Below are positions 48,374 through 58,186 of a DNA stretch of 64,000 nt, piece after piece. A program made the translations under genes and the position numbers. The notes beneath the pieces are model-generated. The model had not been told where the DNA came from, searched no databases, and saw nothing but the letters and a program-made list of their open reading frames with translations. The first letter of the stretch is position 1. Each line of letters begins with the position of its first letter. This DNA is from a virus. The stretch lies in IMG/VR virus record IMGVR_UViG_3300029112_000175, positions 1,552-65,551 of that record; one strand, 5' to 3'.

Positions 48374-48427
48374 TATATACCATATATAGCATATATTATA
48401 TTTTGCAATTACTATATATGGTATATT
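48374..48427 (-). promoter_or_regulatory. 15-bp inverted repeat TATATACCATATATAG-N22-CTATATATGGTATATT
   Basis: Sits in the 240-bp gap upstream of 47857..48327. Shares a TATATAG/CTATATA core with the 38144-38182 palindrome. Confidence 0.4.
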
Positions 48428-48567
48428 GATAGAGTTAGTAGGCTATGACACCTACCAACTCTTGAATTATTTATTCTTCTTACGTTTTCCTACGATAAAA
48501 CCTACTCCAAAGCATACACCAAGACAGATTAAGAAAACACCAATATTTAGTACAATCATTTATTCTC

Positions 48568-50178
48568 CTATTCGATACACTTAAAAGATACATCTGTTCT
48601 ACGATTCATAGCCTTATGTTCATCTGTATCATTATCTACTATAGGTTTACTAGATCCATTACCTACAGTAATAATTCTATCAGCAGAAATTCCATTTAAT
48701 ACAAAATACTGTTTTACAGTTTCTGCTCTCTGCTGAGATAACATCTTATTGGCAGTATCTTCAGGATCAGAATATGGATTAGGGTCAGTATTACCAGCAA
48801 TCTCAATAATTGTTCCATCCAGAACTTTCGCAATACTGATAAAGTCATCTAATTTCTGAGTAGCTTCAGCGGAGTCAGTAAACTTTGCGGTATTAATAAT
48901 AAAGTTTACCGTTGCAGATTTCTGTAATAATGCAGTAGTATCAAGTACCTCCTGTTTATTCTCTTCTGTGACAGTTACATTTACATCAGTCTTTGTAATA
49001 TCCTGTGCATCGTACTTAGTTTCCAGTTTAGAAACATAAGTATTATCAAAAATAGTATTTAATAAATCCCTATTTACAGTTTCACCAATAGATTCCCAAA
49101 CTCCACACATATCAGAAAAAATTGTCTTTGCAGTTCCATTAAGTAAACTCATGTTATCAGCATATGTGCATAATTTTGCAGATTCACAATTTCCTAAAAT
49201 ATCCTCATCAGAGGCAGTAGAAAACATCGGCATGACAGACTTAATAGTAGTTAAATCAGTAGTGTATAAATCAGCCGCCTGAAAAGCGCCATCAATAAAT
49301 GCAGTTACAGTATCTGGATATTTCTTTGCAAAATCATCATTAAATAAAATTCCATCCATAATTAAACTGGAAGAACTTGCAGTGCTAAATAGGATATGTG
49401 CATCAGACATATTCTGTGCCTGAGTTAAATATGGTTCCCATGTTGCAGCTACATCAATCTGGCCTGCAAAGAAAGCTTTTGCTGCTTCATCTGGTGTTTC
49501 AAAATATACAAGATTATTAATAATAGAATCTTTTTCTTCCTGGGTTAAATCAGACTGGTTTACAAACCAAACCACTAAAGAATGAGCCTCTGAGAACTGT
49601 GGAACGCCAATTTTTGCATTTACTAAATCAGATACAGAATTAATAGAAGATTTTGTGATAATGCCATCTCCACCATTAGAGAAATTGCTGATGTATGGCA
49701 TAATTACATTTAGGCCTGCGTCCTGAAACTTTTTAGATAAGAAAGCGGTTCTGTTAATGGTATAGCCTGCTGCATCTAATTTCCCACTAATTAAAGCGTT
49801 GCTAGACTGGGTTGCATCATTGATGATGCTAATATTTACTTTTATTCCAAGTTTGTCATAGATGGAACCTGGTTGTGTGGTAAGCCCGTTGTTGGCGTCA
49901 ATAATTGGTTTCCAACCGATCCACTCATCAAGAGACACATTGATTGTTTTATCATCTACCTTATCAGTGTTAATTACGTTACCATCATCATCCGCTGCTA
50001 CAGGAGCTGCCATCTCTGGCTGTTTAGAGGTGTTTTCTGTCTTTGTAGTTTCTTTTTTACTGTGTTTAATAAATCCTGTTTTTAATCCTAAAACTACACC
50101 GCCACCAATTAATGCCATGATAAGAATCATGATCAATACTTTTGCTGCTTTAGTCAGCCGAAATCTTCTTGTACTCAT
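48568..50178 (-). CDS. Membrane-anchored NMT1/SsuA-like substrate-binding domain fused to C-terminal OmpA/MotB peptidoglycan-binding domain
   Basis: N-terminal TM helix (VLIMILIMALIGGGVVLGL). Central periplasmic-binding-protein-like region. C-terminal OmpA signature NTDPN...AMNRRTDVSF. Confidence 0.5.
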   Translation of the reverse strand: MSTRRFRLTKAAKVLIMILIMALIGGGVVLGLKTGFIKHSKKETTKTENTSKQPEMAAPVAADDDGNVINTDKVDDKTINVSLDEWIGWKPIIDANNGLTTQPGSIYDKLGIKVNISIINDATQSSNALISGKLDAAGYTINRTAFLSKKFQDAGLNVIMPYISNFSNGGDGIITKSSINSVSDLVNAKIGVPQFSEAHSLVVWFVNQSDLTQEEKDSIINNLVYFETPDEAAKAFFAGQIDVAATWEPYLTQAQNMSDAHILFSTASSSSLIMDGILFNDDFAKKYPDTVTAFIDGAFQAADLYTTDLTTIKSVMPMFSTASDEDILGNCESAKLCTYADNMSLLNGTAKTIFSDMCGVWESIGETVNRDLLNTIFDNTYVSKLETKYDAQDITKTDVNVTVTEENKQEVLDTTALLQKSATVNFIINTAKFTDSAEATQKLDDFISIAKVLDGTIIEIAGNTDPNPYSDPEDTANKMLSQQRAETVKQYFVLNGISADRIITVGNGSSKPIVDNDTDEHKAMNRRTDVSFKCIE

Positions 50179-50190
50179 ATATGTTCTCTC

Positions 50191-50928
50191 CTACTTATTA
50201 TATTTTTTCTTTAAAGAATCCAGATAATCATTACTACTATTTTTTCTCGCTTCAACTTCTGCTTTTGCTAATTTGGTAGACATTTTATTTTCATGAACTA
50301 CCCTAGAACCTTCTACAATAGCATTAAGATCTTTATTTTTTTCTCTTACAGAATCAAGCATTTTATCAGTAGCAGTGACATTTTTCAATTCGTCCATGTC
50401 ATCATAGACTTCCTGCAACTGTTTCTTTACTTTCATATTCTCTACAACTTCTTTACTCTCACGCTTCAATTTTCTGAGATTCTGTTCGCAGCGTTCTTGA
50501 GTTTCTTTCGCAGCAGCTGTTGCTTTTTCATACGCAGCCACAAGCTCCGTACAACGATTAATATCGGCAATAACTTCTTCTCTTTCTTCTGCTTTCAACT
50601 GTGCCAGATCCATCTTGCCCGCTTTTACTAAAGACTCACAATCAGTTTCCGTCTTCTTTAACTTATTTTTAAGAACTTCCATGTCCTTTTTAGCATTGCT
50701 TAGTTTACCAGCAGCAAGCTTATAAGCATTATCAGCTTTGTTGTAGGAATCTTGTGCCTGACTAATTTTCTCACCATAGATAGCTTCTGCTCCTTCTGGT
50801 GTAGTAGCCATATCTTTAATGAATAGTCTTGTCCATCCCATTAAAAGTGTTCTTGCTTCTGGGAACATAATTAGAATTACAACAAAAAGAAAAATAACCA
50901 CGCCAACAACAATAGTTTTCAGATCCAT
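50191..50928 (-). CDS. PspA/IM30-like coiled-coil membrane-stress protein
   Basis: N-terminal TM helix, then a PspA-like helical pattern (...EGAEAIYGEKISQAQDSYNKADNAYKLAAGKLSNAKKDMEVLKNKL...). Confidence 0.4.
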   Translation of the reverse strand: MDLKTIVVGVVIFLFVVILIMFPEARTLLMGWTRLFIKDMATTPEGAEAIYGEKISQAQDSYNKADNAYKLAAGKLSNAKKDMEVLKNKLKKTETDCESLVKAGKMDLAQLKAEEREEVIADINRCTELVAAYEKATAAAKETQERCEQNLRKLKRESKEVVENMKVKKQLQEVYDDMDELKNVTATDKMLDSVREKNKDLNAIVEGSRVVHENKMSTKLAKAEVEARKNSSNDYLDSLKKKYNK

Positions 50929-51464
50929 TAGACCTCACCTCCTACAAATGAAATCAACTTATTAATTCTATTTGCTTCAACAACAATAGTTTCAGTAGAA
51001 GCTTTTAACTCGGCCTGTTCCTGTGCAATATTTTTTTCTAATTCTGCAATTGTTTCTTTAGCTGCTTCAATTCTTTCCTGATAATCAGCAATCAAACTGT
51101 CTTTTTCAGAAGTAATTTTATTTAAAGCAGCGTTTAAAACTTCTACTCTTTTATTGCCATCTGCGACAACTTCTTCTGATGTAAGACCAAATACTCCAAG
51201 GGCAGATAACACACTGTTCTTTTTTGTTTCAGTAACCATTTCTTTTGGCAGAGCATTCATCAAATCTTCAATCTTAAAGATGGATTTAGACTGATCGTAT
51301 AATTCATTCTGTGCGTAAATATCAGATACAAGCGTTTCTGTATTTACCACATCAAGATTGATATTCGCGTCTTCTTCATAAATTGAGTCGCTTGTTTCTA
51401 ATCTCTGTTCCATTAGAGTGTCATCAACTTCTTCAACTAATCCAAGTTTTTTTAATAATCCCAT
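50928..51464 (-). CDS. coiled-coil hypothetical protein
   Basis: ORF abutting neighbours. Confidence 0.4.
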   Translation of the reverse strand: MGLLKKLGLVEEVDDTLMEQRLETSDSIYEEDANINLDVVNTETLVSDIYAQNELYDQSKSIFKIEDLMNALPKEMVTETKKNSVLSALGVFGLTSEEVVADGNKRVEVLNAALNKITSEKDSLIADYQERIEAAKETIAELEKNIAQEQAELKASTETIVVEANRINKLISFVGGEV

Positions 51465-51479
51465 ATTGTCTCTCCTCTT

Positions 51480-52091
51480 TTATAAATTTATAATCACATC
51501 ACACATTTTCTTTGCTTCTTCATTACTGTGTGTAACTATGATCACTGTATTATTCTCTACTTTATGTTGTTTTAACACGAGATTCTGCATTGTAGTTCTA
51601 GTTTGCGGATCAAGTGCAGATAACGGTTCATCCATTAATATAATTGCCGGTTTTGTAAATAATGTTCTGGCTAAAGCTAATCGTTGTCGCTGCCCTCCAG
51701 ATAATTGTTTCGGAAACTTTTTTTCGTAATTTTCAAGACCGACCTGTTTTAAAAAATCTTTTGCCAATTTAACATCTTCTTTTGTAACAGATCTTTTTAT
51801 TTTAACTGGCAATAAAATATTCTCTAAACAGTTCATCCAATCAAATGAAGTATAATTTTGGTGCATCATGAAAATATTGTTCTTTGAAGCTTTGGTTATT
51901 TTTTCTCCATCTACAATTATTTCACCATTTAATGGCTTCATTAATCCGGCAATTGTTCTAAGCAACGTTGTTTTTCCACAGCCAGATTCTCCTAAAATTC
52001 CATAAATTTTTTTATCGAATTTCATTGAATAATTTTTTAGTAATGGCTTATCTCTACTATAGCCAGTGGTTAGATCTTTTAATTTAATCAT
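51480..52091 (-). CDS. ABC transporter ATP-binding protein (NitT/TauT-type)
   Basis: Walker A GESGCGKTT. Signature LSGGQRQRLALAR. Walker B IILMDEPLSALD. Confidence 0.75.
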   Translation of the reverse strand: MIKLKDLTTGYSRDKPLLKNYSMKFDKKIYGILGESGCGKTTLLRTIAGLMKPLNGEIIVDGEKITKASKNNIFMMHQNYTSFDWMNCLENILLPVKIKRSVTKEDVKLAKDFLKQVGLENYEKKFPKQLSGGQRQRLALARTLFTKPAIILMDEPLSALDPQTRTTMQNLVLKQHKVENNTVIIVTHSNEEAKKMCDVIINL

Positions 52092-52830
52092 CTAAATACC
52101 TCCATTTAAATGCCCATTTAATTATTCTCTTACTAGCCCAATCAAATATGACGCTGATAATCATAATTACCATAATTGCCATAAAAACCATATCCGTTCT
52201 TCCTCTTGAGGAGCTTTGCTGAATAATCCATCCCAATCCGTAATGTGCATTAATTGTTTCTGCCACGGCAATGTATGTAAAACCGATACCGTACATCATT
52301 ACGAAGCTATTTAATATACTTGGCAGTGAAGCAGGAAGCTGAATTTTATATACAGTTTGTAGTTTATTCATTCCTATAGTCAAACCCGTATCAATCAAAT
52401 CCTGATTCACTTCTTCCAAACAGAGAATTACAGATGGCATCATATATACGAATGTTGCGATAAATAAGAACACAATCTTCATAAGTTCATCAATCCCAAA
52501 CCACATAATAAGTAAAGGATAAAATGCTGTAACTGGGATATATCTTAATGCACTGATAATTGGATTTAAAAAATCTTTTATTAATGGAATATTGAAAATT
52601 AATAGAGCTATTGGTAAAGAAATTATTGATGAAAGAATTGCTGCTATAGTCACTCTAAAAAAAGAATATTTAATCGCAATAAATATTTCTCCATTACATA
52701 TCAATACATATAAATTCCTAAATACGCTTTTAGGACTTGGTACAAAAATAGGATTATAATATCGTGCAGTAGTTGACCAGATCAAAAAAATACACAGAAT
52801 CAATAAAAATCTTTTTAATATATTTTTCAT
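52084..52830 (-). CDS. ABC transporter permease (TauC/SsuC-like)
   Basis: Six predicted TM segments. EAA-like loop IAVAETINAHYGLGW. Confidence 0.55.
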   Translation of the reverse strand: MKNILKRFLLILCIFLIWSTTARYYNPIFVPSPKSVFRNLYVLICNGEIFIAIKYSFFRVTIAAILSSIISLPIALLIFNIPLIKDFLNPIISALRYIPVTAFYPLLIMWFGIDELMKIVFLFIATFVYMMPSVILCLEEVNQDLIDTGLTIGMNKLQTVYKIQLPASLPSILNSFVMMYGIGFTYIAVAETINAHYGLGWIIQQSSSRGRTDMVFMAIMVIMIISVIFDWASKRIIKWAFKWRYLDD

Positions 52831-52933
52831 TTTGTTTTCTTTCTATAAATTTATGCCCAATGAAACGATCATTTCAACATAATTTTTGTTTCCAAAAACC
52901 CTTTATTTAAGCCATTTTTTAGATGTTAATTTT

Positions 52934-53203
52934 TTATTTTTCAATAACCTCAAACTCATATACGGAATTTCGTGTTTCTACCACTATCTTTCCATCTTCA
53001 AAAATAAAATCTTCCACTGCTGATGTAACAAGACATCTATCTGTCTGATCATCCCATAATAAGAAAAATGATCCATGAACTTTAACAGAGTGTTGATAGA
53101 TCCATTCGCCAGACATAGAAGGATGATTCTGTCTTAATTCTTCCATAAATTCTGTTTTCTCATTACCATCTTTATCTTTAACTGAAATGATTTTTAACTT
53201 CAT
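52934..53203 (-). CDS. hypothetical protein (start corrected to internal Met)
   Basis: The ORF track starts at 53254, overlapping the upstream gene by 47 nt. Internal ATG at 53201-53203 (MKLKIISVKD...) has SD GGAGAA 8 nt upstream. Confidence 0.4.
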   Translation of the reverse strand: MKLKIISVKDKDGNEKTEFMEELRQNHPSMSGEWIYQHSVKVHGSFFLLWDDQTDRCLVTSAVEDFIFEDGKIVVETRNSVYEFEVIEK

Positions 53204-53207
53204 ATAT

Positions 53208-53606
53208 TTATTCTCCATTTCCAACAACATTCTCAATGTTATGCAACATTTCAAGAATCTCTACTGCATTTCCACTAAACATATTGCCAGTGGTTTTAAT
53301 CTCATACTGCCACTTGTTTTTATCAGAAATGGTGATAACTGGAATGCTGCCGTACAAAACTGTTCCTGCCGGTATGCTCCATGCTGGTGTATACCATGAT
53401 CCTTTGCAGTGCCATTCATTTTTAAGAACCTTTAATTGCTGCTGACAATTCTTGTTATATGATCTCATGCCAGCTCTATTGACTGGATATACTCTCGGAT
53501 ACTCCACGCCTTCGATGTACAATGGTTCAAACTTGTTTACAACAAGTAAAACTCCATCTGTAATTCTGTAAATATCCTGATATTCTGTCTGTACTACTGC
53601 CTTCAT
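53208..53606 (-). CDS. hypothetical protein
   Basis: ORF in array. Confidence 0.4.
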   Translation of the reverse strand: MKAVVQTEYQDIYRITDGVLLVVNKFEPLYIEGVEYPRVYPVNRAGMRSYNKNCQQQLKVLKNEWHCKGSWYTPAWSIPAGTVLYGSIPVITISDKNKWQYEIKTTGNMFSGNAVEILEMLHNIENVVGNGE

Positions 53607-53610
53607 ATGC

Positions 53611-54825
53611 TCACCTCAATTCAATCAGATACTTAATAGTACATTGCTCTTCTTTGTAAACAATAATCTCATCATTACGCAGCATATCTCCCGCATGAGC
53701 GTGTAAACAATTCGCACCAGGACAAACGGATTGAAGTTTACTGTAATCAAAGCTGTAATATTTACTATCGAAGGAATACACATCATATGGTTTACCATAA
53801 GCTACATCCATTAATGCCATAAAACCAAAATTGGAATCACCTCTAACCCAATAGCTTCCACTCAAACTGGTATAACCAAGAGATTTTCTAGCTTTTGGTG
53901 CATAATAAATACCATACCCAAACATCTTACCCGTGATGACAGCATTAGTTGGTTTTAAGACAAGACCACTATTGATGATGAACCACCAATTTTCATTCCT
54001 GCTACCATGGAACAATAACTTTGTCTCCGTAATATTATTCTCTTTTACAAAATCATCAAAACGTTTCTGCGTCTTAAGGTTTTTGACTTTCCATGCCTTA
54101 TGGAATTTATCAGAGCATGATCCAAGTGCATCTTTAATAATAGCGATATCCTTTTTATCACATTCTTCGAATACCAGTCCCAACTGCTCAAGAATTGTAT
54201 TCTTGATTTTTACATCATTTTCCGCTTTTGTTTCTTCAATGACCTGTTTCTGTACGACCTGTCCTTTCATAACATCGAGCAGATCCTGTTCTTTTTGAAT
54301 AATCTCAGAGAAATTATTGCTAGACTTAGCAAGATAATCTGAAACGTATCCCATTTTTCTAGGAATAACAGTAAAGAGTTTTAACAGAATATTATTAAAT
54401 TCTTCAACTTCTTTAATATCAAGTAAACTTGTCAAAACATCTTGTGCTTCATCCACCATTGCCTGAGTTACTTTGTTAGAAGAAATCGTATAATTGTCGC
54501 TGATAGCTTTTCGTGCCATTGCTTGTAATCGTTCTACAATCTCAGCAATAACTTTATTTTCAATTTCTTTATATTCTGAGTTTTTAGGTTTTTCAACCTG
54601 AATTAAGTCTTCTACAAGTTCACTCTGATCAACATAGCCTTTGCGAAGTTTTTCTTTATATTTTGATTCCCACTGACTCATAGAATACTCTCTATGTTGT
54701 GGACTGCTTCCTACCCTTCCGTATTCAGCAGTCCAACTATCTCCATGAGGAATCTGTTTATAATATTTATTATTATTCGCAGAAGCAGTGACCATCACTA
54801 AATATCTTGGTTTGATCTCTGCCAT
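53611..54825 (-). CDS. PARP-like ADP-ribosyltransferase (WGR domain + helical domain + H-Y-E catalytic domain)
   Basis: N-terminal WGR-like HGDSWTAEYGRVGSS. C-terminal LLFHGSRNENWWFIINSGL...TGKMFGYGIYYAPKARKS...DEIIVYKEE aligns with PARP1 LLWHGSR...TGYMFGKGIYFAD...NEYIVY. His, Tyr and the catalytic Glu are all present. Confidence 0.75.
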   Translation of the reverse strand: MAEIKPRYLVMVTASANNNKYYKQIPHGDSWTAEYGRVGSSPQHREYSMSQWESKYKEKLRKGYVDQSELVEDLIQVEKPKNSEYKEIENKVIAEIVERLQAMARKAISDNYTISSNKVTQAMVDEAQDVLTSLLDIKEVEEFNNILLKLFTVIPRKMGYVSDYLAKSSNNFSEIIQKEQDLLDVMKGQVVQKQVIEETKAENDVKIKNTILEQLGLVFEECDKKDIAIIKDALGSCSDKFHKAWKVKNLKTQKRFDDFVKENNITETKLLFHGSRNENWWFIINSGLVLKPTNAVITGKMFGYGIYYAPKARKSLGYTSLSGSYWVRGDSNFGFMALMDVAYGKPYDVYSFDSKYYSFDYSKLQSVCPGANCLHAHAGDMLRNDEIIVYKEEQCTIKYLIELR

Positions 54826-54834
54826 ATATTCTCC

Positions 54835-55272
54835 TTATAATGTACAAACTAAAATCTCAATATCAGTATCAAAAAATACATCCTCTAACATTTCATATAC
54901 TCGATCCCATTCAAGCTGATCGAGGCCACACCCAATACGTGGCATTGCGATTTTAGTGATGTCATATTCTTCACAATAATCACGCATATCCACTAAAGTA
55001 TCATATAATGTTTCATATATAGGTTTGTGATAGCAACGAGGCTTTGTAACCAGATTAAATACGTTGTCAATGAGTAATGCTTTTCCTACATTATCGTATT
55101 TTTCTCCTTCTGGAATTGGATACTGACTATGTAATTTATATCTCATGTTATATACATCTACAAACTGCTTTGCAATACCAGCACCTAACGCATAATCACC
55201 ACTGATACAATGGGCCAAATAATAACCCTGTGGTACTGTAAATAAATCTCTCTGTTCTTCTTTAATATTCAT
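54835..55272 (-). CDS. macro-domain-like protein (ADP-ribose binding/hydrolase)
   Basis: LAHCISGDYALGAGIAKQF and IAMPRIGCGLDQLEW resemble macro-domain Gly-rich loops. Immediately upstream of, and co-directional with, the PARP gene. Confidence 0.5.
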   Translation of the reverse strand: MNIKEEQRDLFTVPQGYYLAHCISGDYALGAGIAKQFVDVYNMRYKLHSQYPIPEGEKYDNVGKALLIDNVFNLVTKPRCYHKPIYETLYDTLVDMRDYCEEYDITKIAMPRIGCGLDQLEWDRVYEMLEDVFFDTDIEILVCTL

Positions 55273-55315
55273 ATTATTTTCCTCCTATGAAATAAAACTT
55301 TCAGTTGGTTATTCT

Positions 55316-55612
55316 CTAAACAATAATTATTTCATTATATCTACGCAAAAGCTCTTCTCTATTTTCTATAACATATCTTTTTGCGTAATTATATCTTGAT
55401 TTTTTTATATTTCCTTTAAGAACACTACCATCAATTAGACTAATAACAGCCTCTTTGTCTTGATATTGAATATGAACATGCGGGAGATTATGACCGTTTT
55501 CTTTTGTGTGCATAATTATTTTGATGCCAAAATCGCTATATAATATGTTATAATAACGTTCATCTTCAAATATATATATTGCAAATTTTAGTCCATACTC
55601 TCCCATATTCAT
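55316..55612 (-). CDS. DUF4160-like small protein
   Basis: NGHNLPHVHIQY motif. Confidence 0.4.
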   Translation of the reverse strand: MNMGEYGLKFAIYIFEDERYYNILYSDFGIKIIMHTKENGHNLPHVHIQYQDKEAVISLIDGSVLKGNIKKSRYNYAKRYVIENREELLRRYNEIIIV

Positions 55613-55635
55613 TTCTCCTTTTTGTATCTATTCTA

Positions 55636-56361
55636 TTACTCTAAATTCTCTCTTGAAAATAACTGACATGCGATTCCGCAATCTTCCATTACTTCAAGAT
55701 CCATACGTCCACGTTTAGGATCAAGTTCATCCAGGAATACACCTTTGATACAGCTATGACCAATTTCTCTTTCCTCCTTGGCTCTGCGTTCAAAAACTTC
55801 GGGGAAATCTACTCGAATTTTATTCCAGTAGCCCATGCCACCTTTTACGCATCCAACGCAATTGTTGTTAGGATAACCTAACTCATACATCATTGGTCTC
55901 TTTAATCCAAGTTTCTTCGCCAATGCATGACAATCTTCTTTCGTAAATTTATTCTCGATTAATGGAAATTCATGATCATAATCTGTCATGGTATTTACTA
56001 AACGATCAGCTCTACGCTGCTCATTCATATCATATCCCCATACATAAATATGGTGATCTGGATGTTCTTTCTCCCATTGTTTTCGCACTTCTTTCTTTAA
56101 AAACTTAGTACAAGGCGCACCATATGGTGTATTAATACAACGAGTCTTCATAATCACATCATCAACATCTTTAAATCTGGTAGATTGCAATATTGTGATC
56201 TTTCTACCAAGAAGTTTCTCGCAATCATGCAGAAATCTCAGACTATCAGGATGCTGATTAGGAACGTGAGTATAAATAATCTCATCTACGTCCTTTGCTA
56301 AATAACATGCTACAAAACTACTAATTCCTGTACTAAACCAACAAACTTTCACACCAGCCAC
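55636..56361 (-). CDS. PAPS-reductase-family (PP-loop ATP pyrophosphatase, CysH-like) protein
   Basis: N-terminal VKVCWFSTGISSFVACYL (PP-loop-like). C-terminal Cys pair NNCVGCVKGG. Confidence 0.5.
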   Translation of the reverse strand: MAGVKVCWFSTGISSFVACYLAKDVDEIIYTHVPNQHPDSLRFLHDCEKLLGRKITILQSTRFKDVDDVIMKTRCINTPYGAPCTKFLKKEVRKQWEKEHPDHHIYVWGYDMNEQRRADRLVNTMTDYDHEFPLIENKFTKEDCHALAKKLGLKRPMMYELGYPNNNCVGCVKGGMGYWNKIRVDFPEVFERRAKEEREIGHSCIKGVFLDELDPKRGRMDLEVMEDCGIACQLFSRENLE

Positions 56362-56548
56362 AAACCAAAATCCTTGGTACGCGGCAATATAACAATCGGC
56401 TTGGATGCATTATTAAGTGCTTAGTGAGGCACAGCCACTCCGTTCTACTTTACGCTATCATTCACCAGACTAATCTGATAGCAACCTAGTTTCACTAGGA
56501 TAAGGTGTTCTCCTCTCTCGTTATATTATTTTTCATTATTTAATTTCC
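56362..56548 (-). ncRNA. 187-nt structured leader / candidate cis-regulatory RNA upstream of the PAPS-reductase-like gene
   Basis: Unusually long non-coding gap for this genome. Several hairpins on the minus strand (CCTAGTGAAACTAGG, CTATCAGA...TGATAG, AGTGGCTGTGCCTCACT). No ORF. Confidence 0.25.
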
Positions 56549-56917
56549 TTAATACAATTCTCTCTCACACCCACAGTCAGGAAAGAAACCTTCACAGTCT
56601 TTTACATATTCTCTATAGTCGACAACGCCATGTTCCAAATCATTCATCCAGTTAATGATTTCATGTAAAACCTCTGTAAATCGATCCTGACCAGGATAAT
56701 AAGCACATCCAACAAAATAATCATCATAGTCCAAAACTGACACCTGGATAACATATTGCTTCTCTGAAAAATACTTATCTTTCCAAACAATTAGATACAT
56801 AAATGGTTTTCTGCAGAAACATCCGTTCCAGTCAAAATGGACGCTACTTTCTACGCAAAGCCATTCGTACTCTTTCTTCTGACTGCGAGTAGATATTGCT
56901 TCTATTTTCATATTCAC
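56549..56917 (-). CDS. Cys-rich hypothetical protein
   Basis: ORF in array. Confidence 0.4.
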   Translation of the reverse strand: MNMKIEAISTRSQKKEYEWLCVESSVHFDWNGCFCRKPFMYLIVWKDKYFSEKQYVIQVSVLDYDDYFVGCAYYPGQDRFTEVLHEIINWMNDLEHGVVDYREYVKDCEGFFPDCGCERELY

Positions 56918-57161
56918 CCTCTATTTAATTGTTTTATATTGGATTTCTGAGCGAAATACTCATGATATTCTATAGAATTATTCTCTACTCAACTATGTAT
57001 TTGAATGATAATGGACAACCAAATTCTAATTCACCACCAAAACAATCTTTGTTATCTAACAAACACTCATATTCACTATAACCAGTATCATATTCATAAT
57101 ATGAACATTTACAATATTCACAGTCTTCCCAATCGTTTTCAAAAACTTCTTTTTCCATATC

Positions 57162-57749
57162 TTACGCCTGTTTATCTGCGATGCATTTAATATTGTTCTC
57201 AATCTGTCTATATGTATCATTTGCGCTGAGAATACTTAAAACAGCATTAGACAACATGGACTTGGTAGAATTATCAAAAGTTTCTTTCATTGTTGTATTT
57301 ACCTGTTTACGAATATCATCCATAAATGTATCTAATTCTTTTTTAATTTCTTCAGAAGGATCAAACTGACGAGAAATATATGTCTCAAAGCTTACTTCTT
57401 CGTAATTATTTGTATAACGACCGTAACTATCCTGCTTCTTTAATTTTAGTTTTTTCGAATCTAACTTTTCCTTCAGCTGCTGCTTAATATACTGCTCTAC
57501 TGTATATTCCTGCTCAGGTTCATTATCCCAATAAGATCCGCCTATCTTAATTTTCTTTGTTGTAATATACTCGTCAACAAAGTGCTGGAAATTCTCAGAA
57601 ACCTGTGCATTGATAGTATCTTTCATTAAATTATCAGCAGTCTTTTTTACAATATCAGCAATCTGTTCTTTTACAACATTTTCAAGATTTTTTTCTAATG
57701 TTGTCTGTACTATATTCTCAAGATTATCCAACTCAAGTGTTACTTTCAT
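57162..57749 (-). CDS. hypothetical protein
   Basis: ORF in array. Confidence 0.4.
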   Translation of the reverse strand: MKVTLELDNLENIVQTTLEKNLENVVKEQIADIVKKTADNLMKDTINAQVSENFQHFVDEYITTKKIKIGGSYWDNEPEQEYTVEQYIKQQLKEKLDSKKLKLKKQDSYGRYTNNYEEVSFETYISRQFDPSEEIKKELDTFMDDIRKQVNTTMKETFDNSTKSMLSNAVLSILSANDTYRQIENNIKCIADKQA

Positions 57750-57961
57750 ATCGTTATTCTCCTTTCGTATGAAAACAAAATTTCAAATTTCTTTCAATTT
57801 TTGATCTACTATAATATCAAAATCGCGACTTATTTCTTTTATGAATTGTTCTTTGCAATTTTGTATATTATTCGCTTCAAATTTAATAATGATTCCATTA
57901 TTAGGCTGCATATCTATCCTGTAGATTCCAAGACCTTCGTATTTTATATCTTTTATCCACA

Positions 57962-58186
57962 TTATTCTTCCTCGACTTCTTCGATTTTAAACGGCTGTCC
58001 ATCATAGTCTGCATCCTCTAAACTATAATCATCCAGCACAAAATCAAGATAATCTGTATAACTGTCATTTCTTAACTTATCTAAAGTGTCTTCTTTTGAT
58101 TCTGCTTCGATAATCCCTTCTCTGTGTCCATACCTCAGATAACCCTGTACATAATTTGCATCCTGTGTGACTCTAAATTTCTTCAT
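57962..58186 (-). CDS. hypothetical acidic protein
   Basis: ORF in array. Confidence 0.35.
   Translation of the reverse strand: MKKFRVTQDANYVQGYLRYGHREGIIEAESKEDTLDKLRNDSYTDYLDFVLDDYSLEDADYDGQPFKIEEVEEE

Noticed and set aside
56362-56548. SAM-I (S-box) riboswitch upstream of the cysH-like gene.
   Set aside because: The GAGAGAGGAGAAC start superficially resembles the P1/P2 start of S-box. The conserved kink-turn and GGUGCUAA core are not present.
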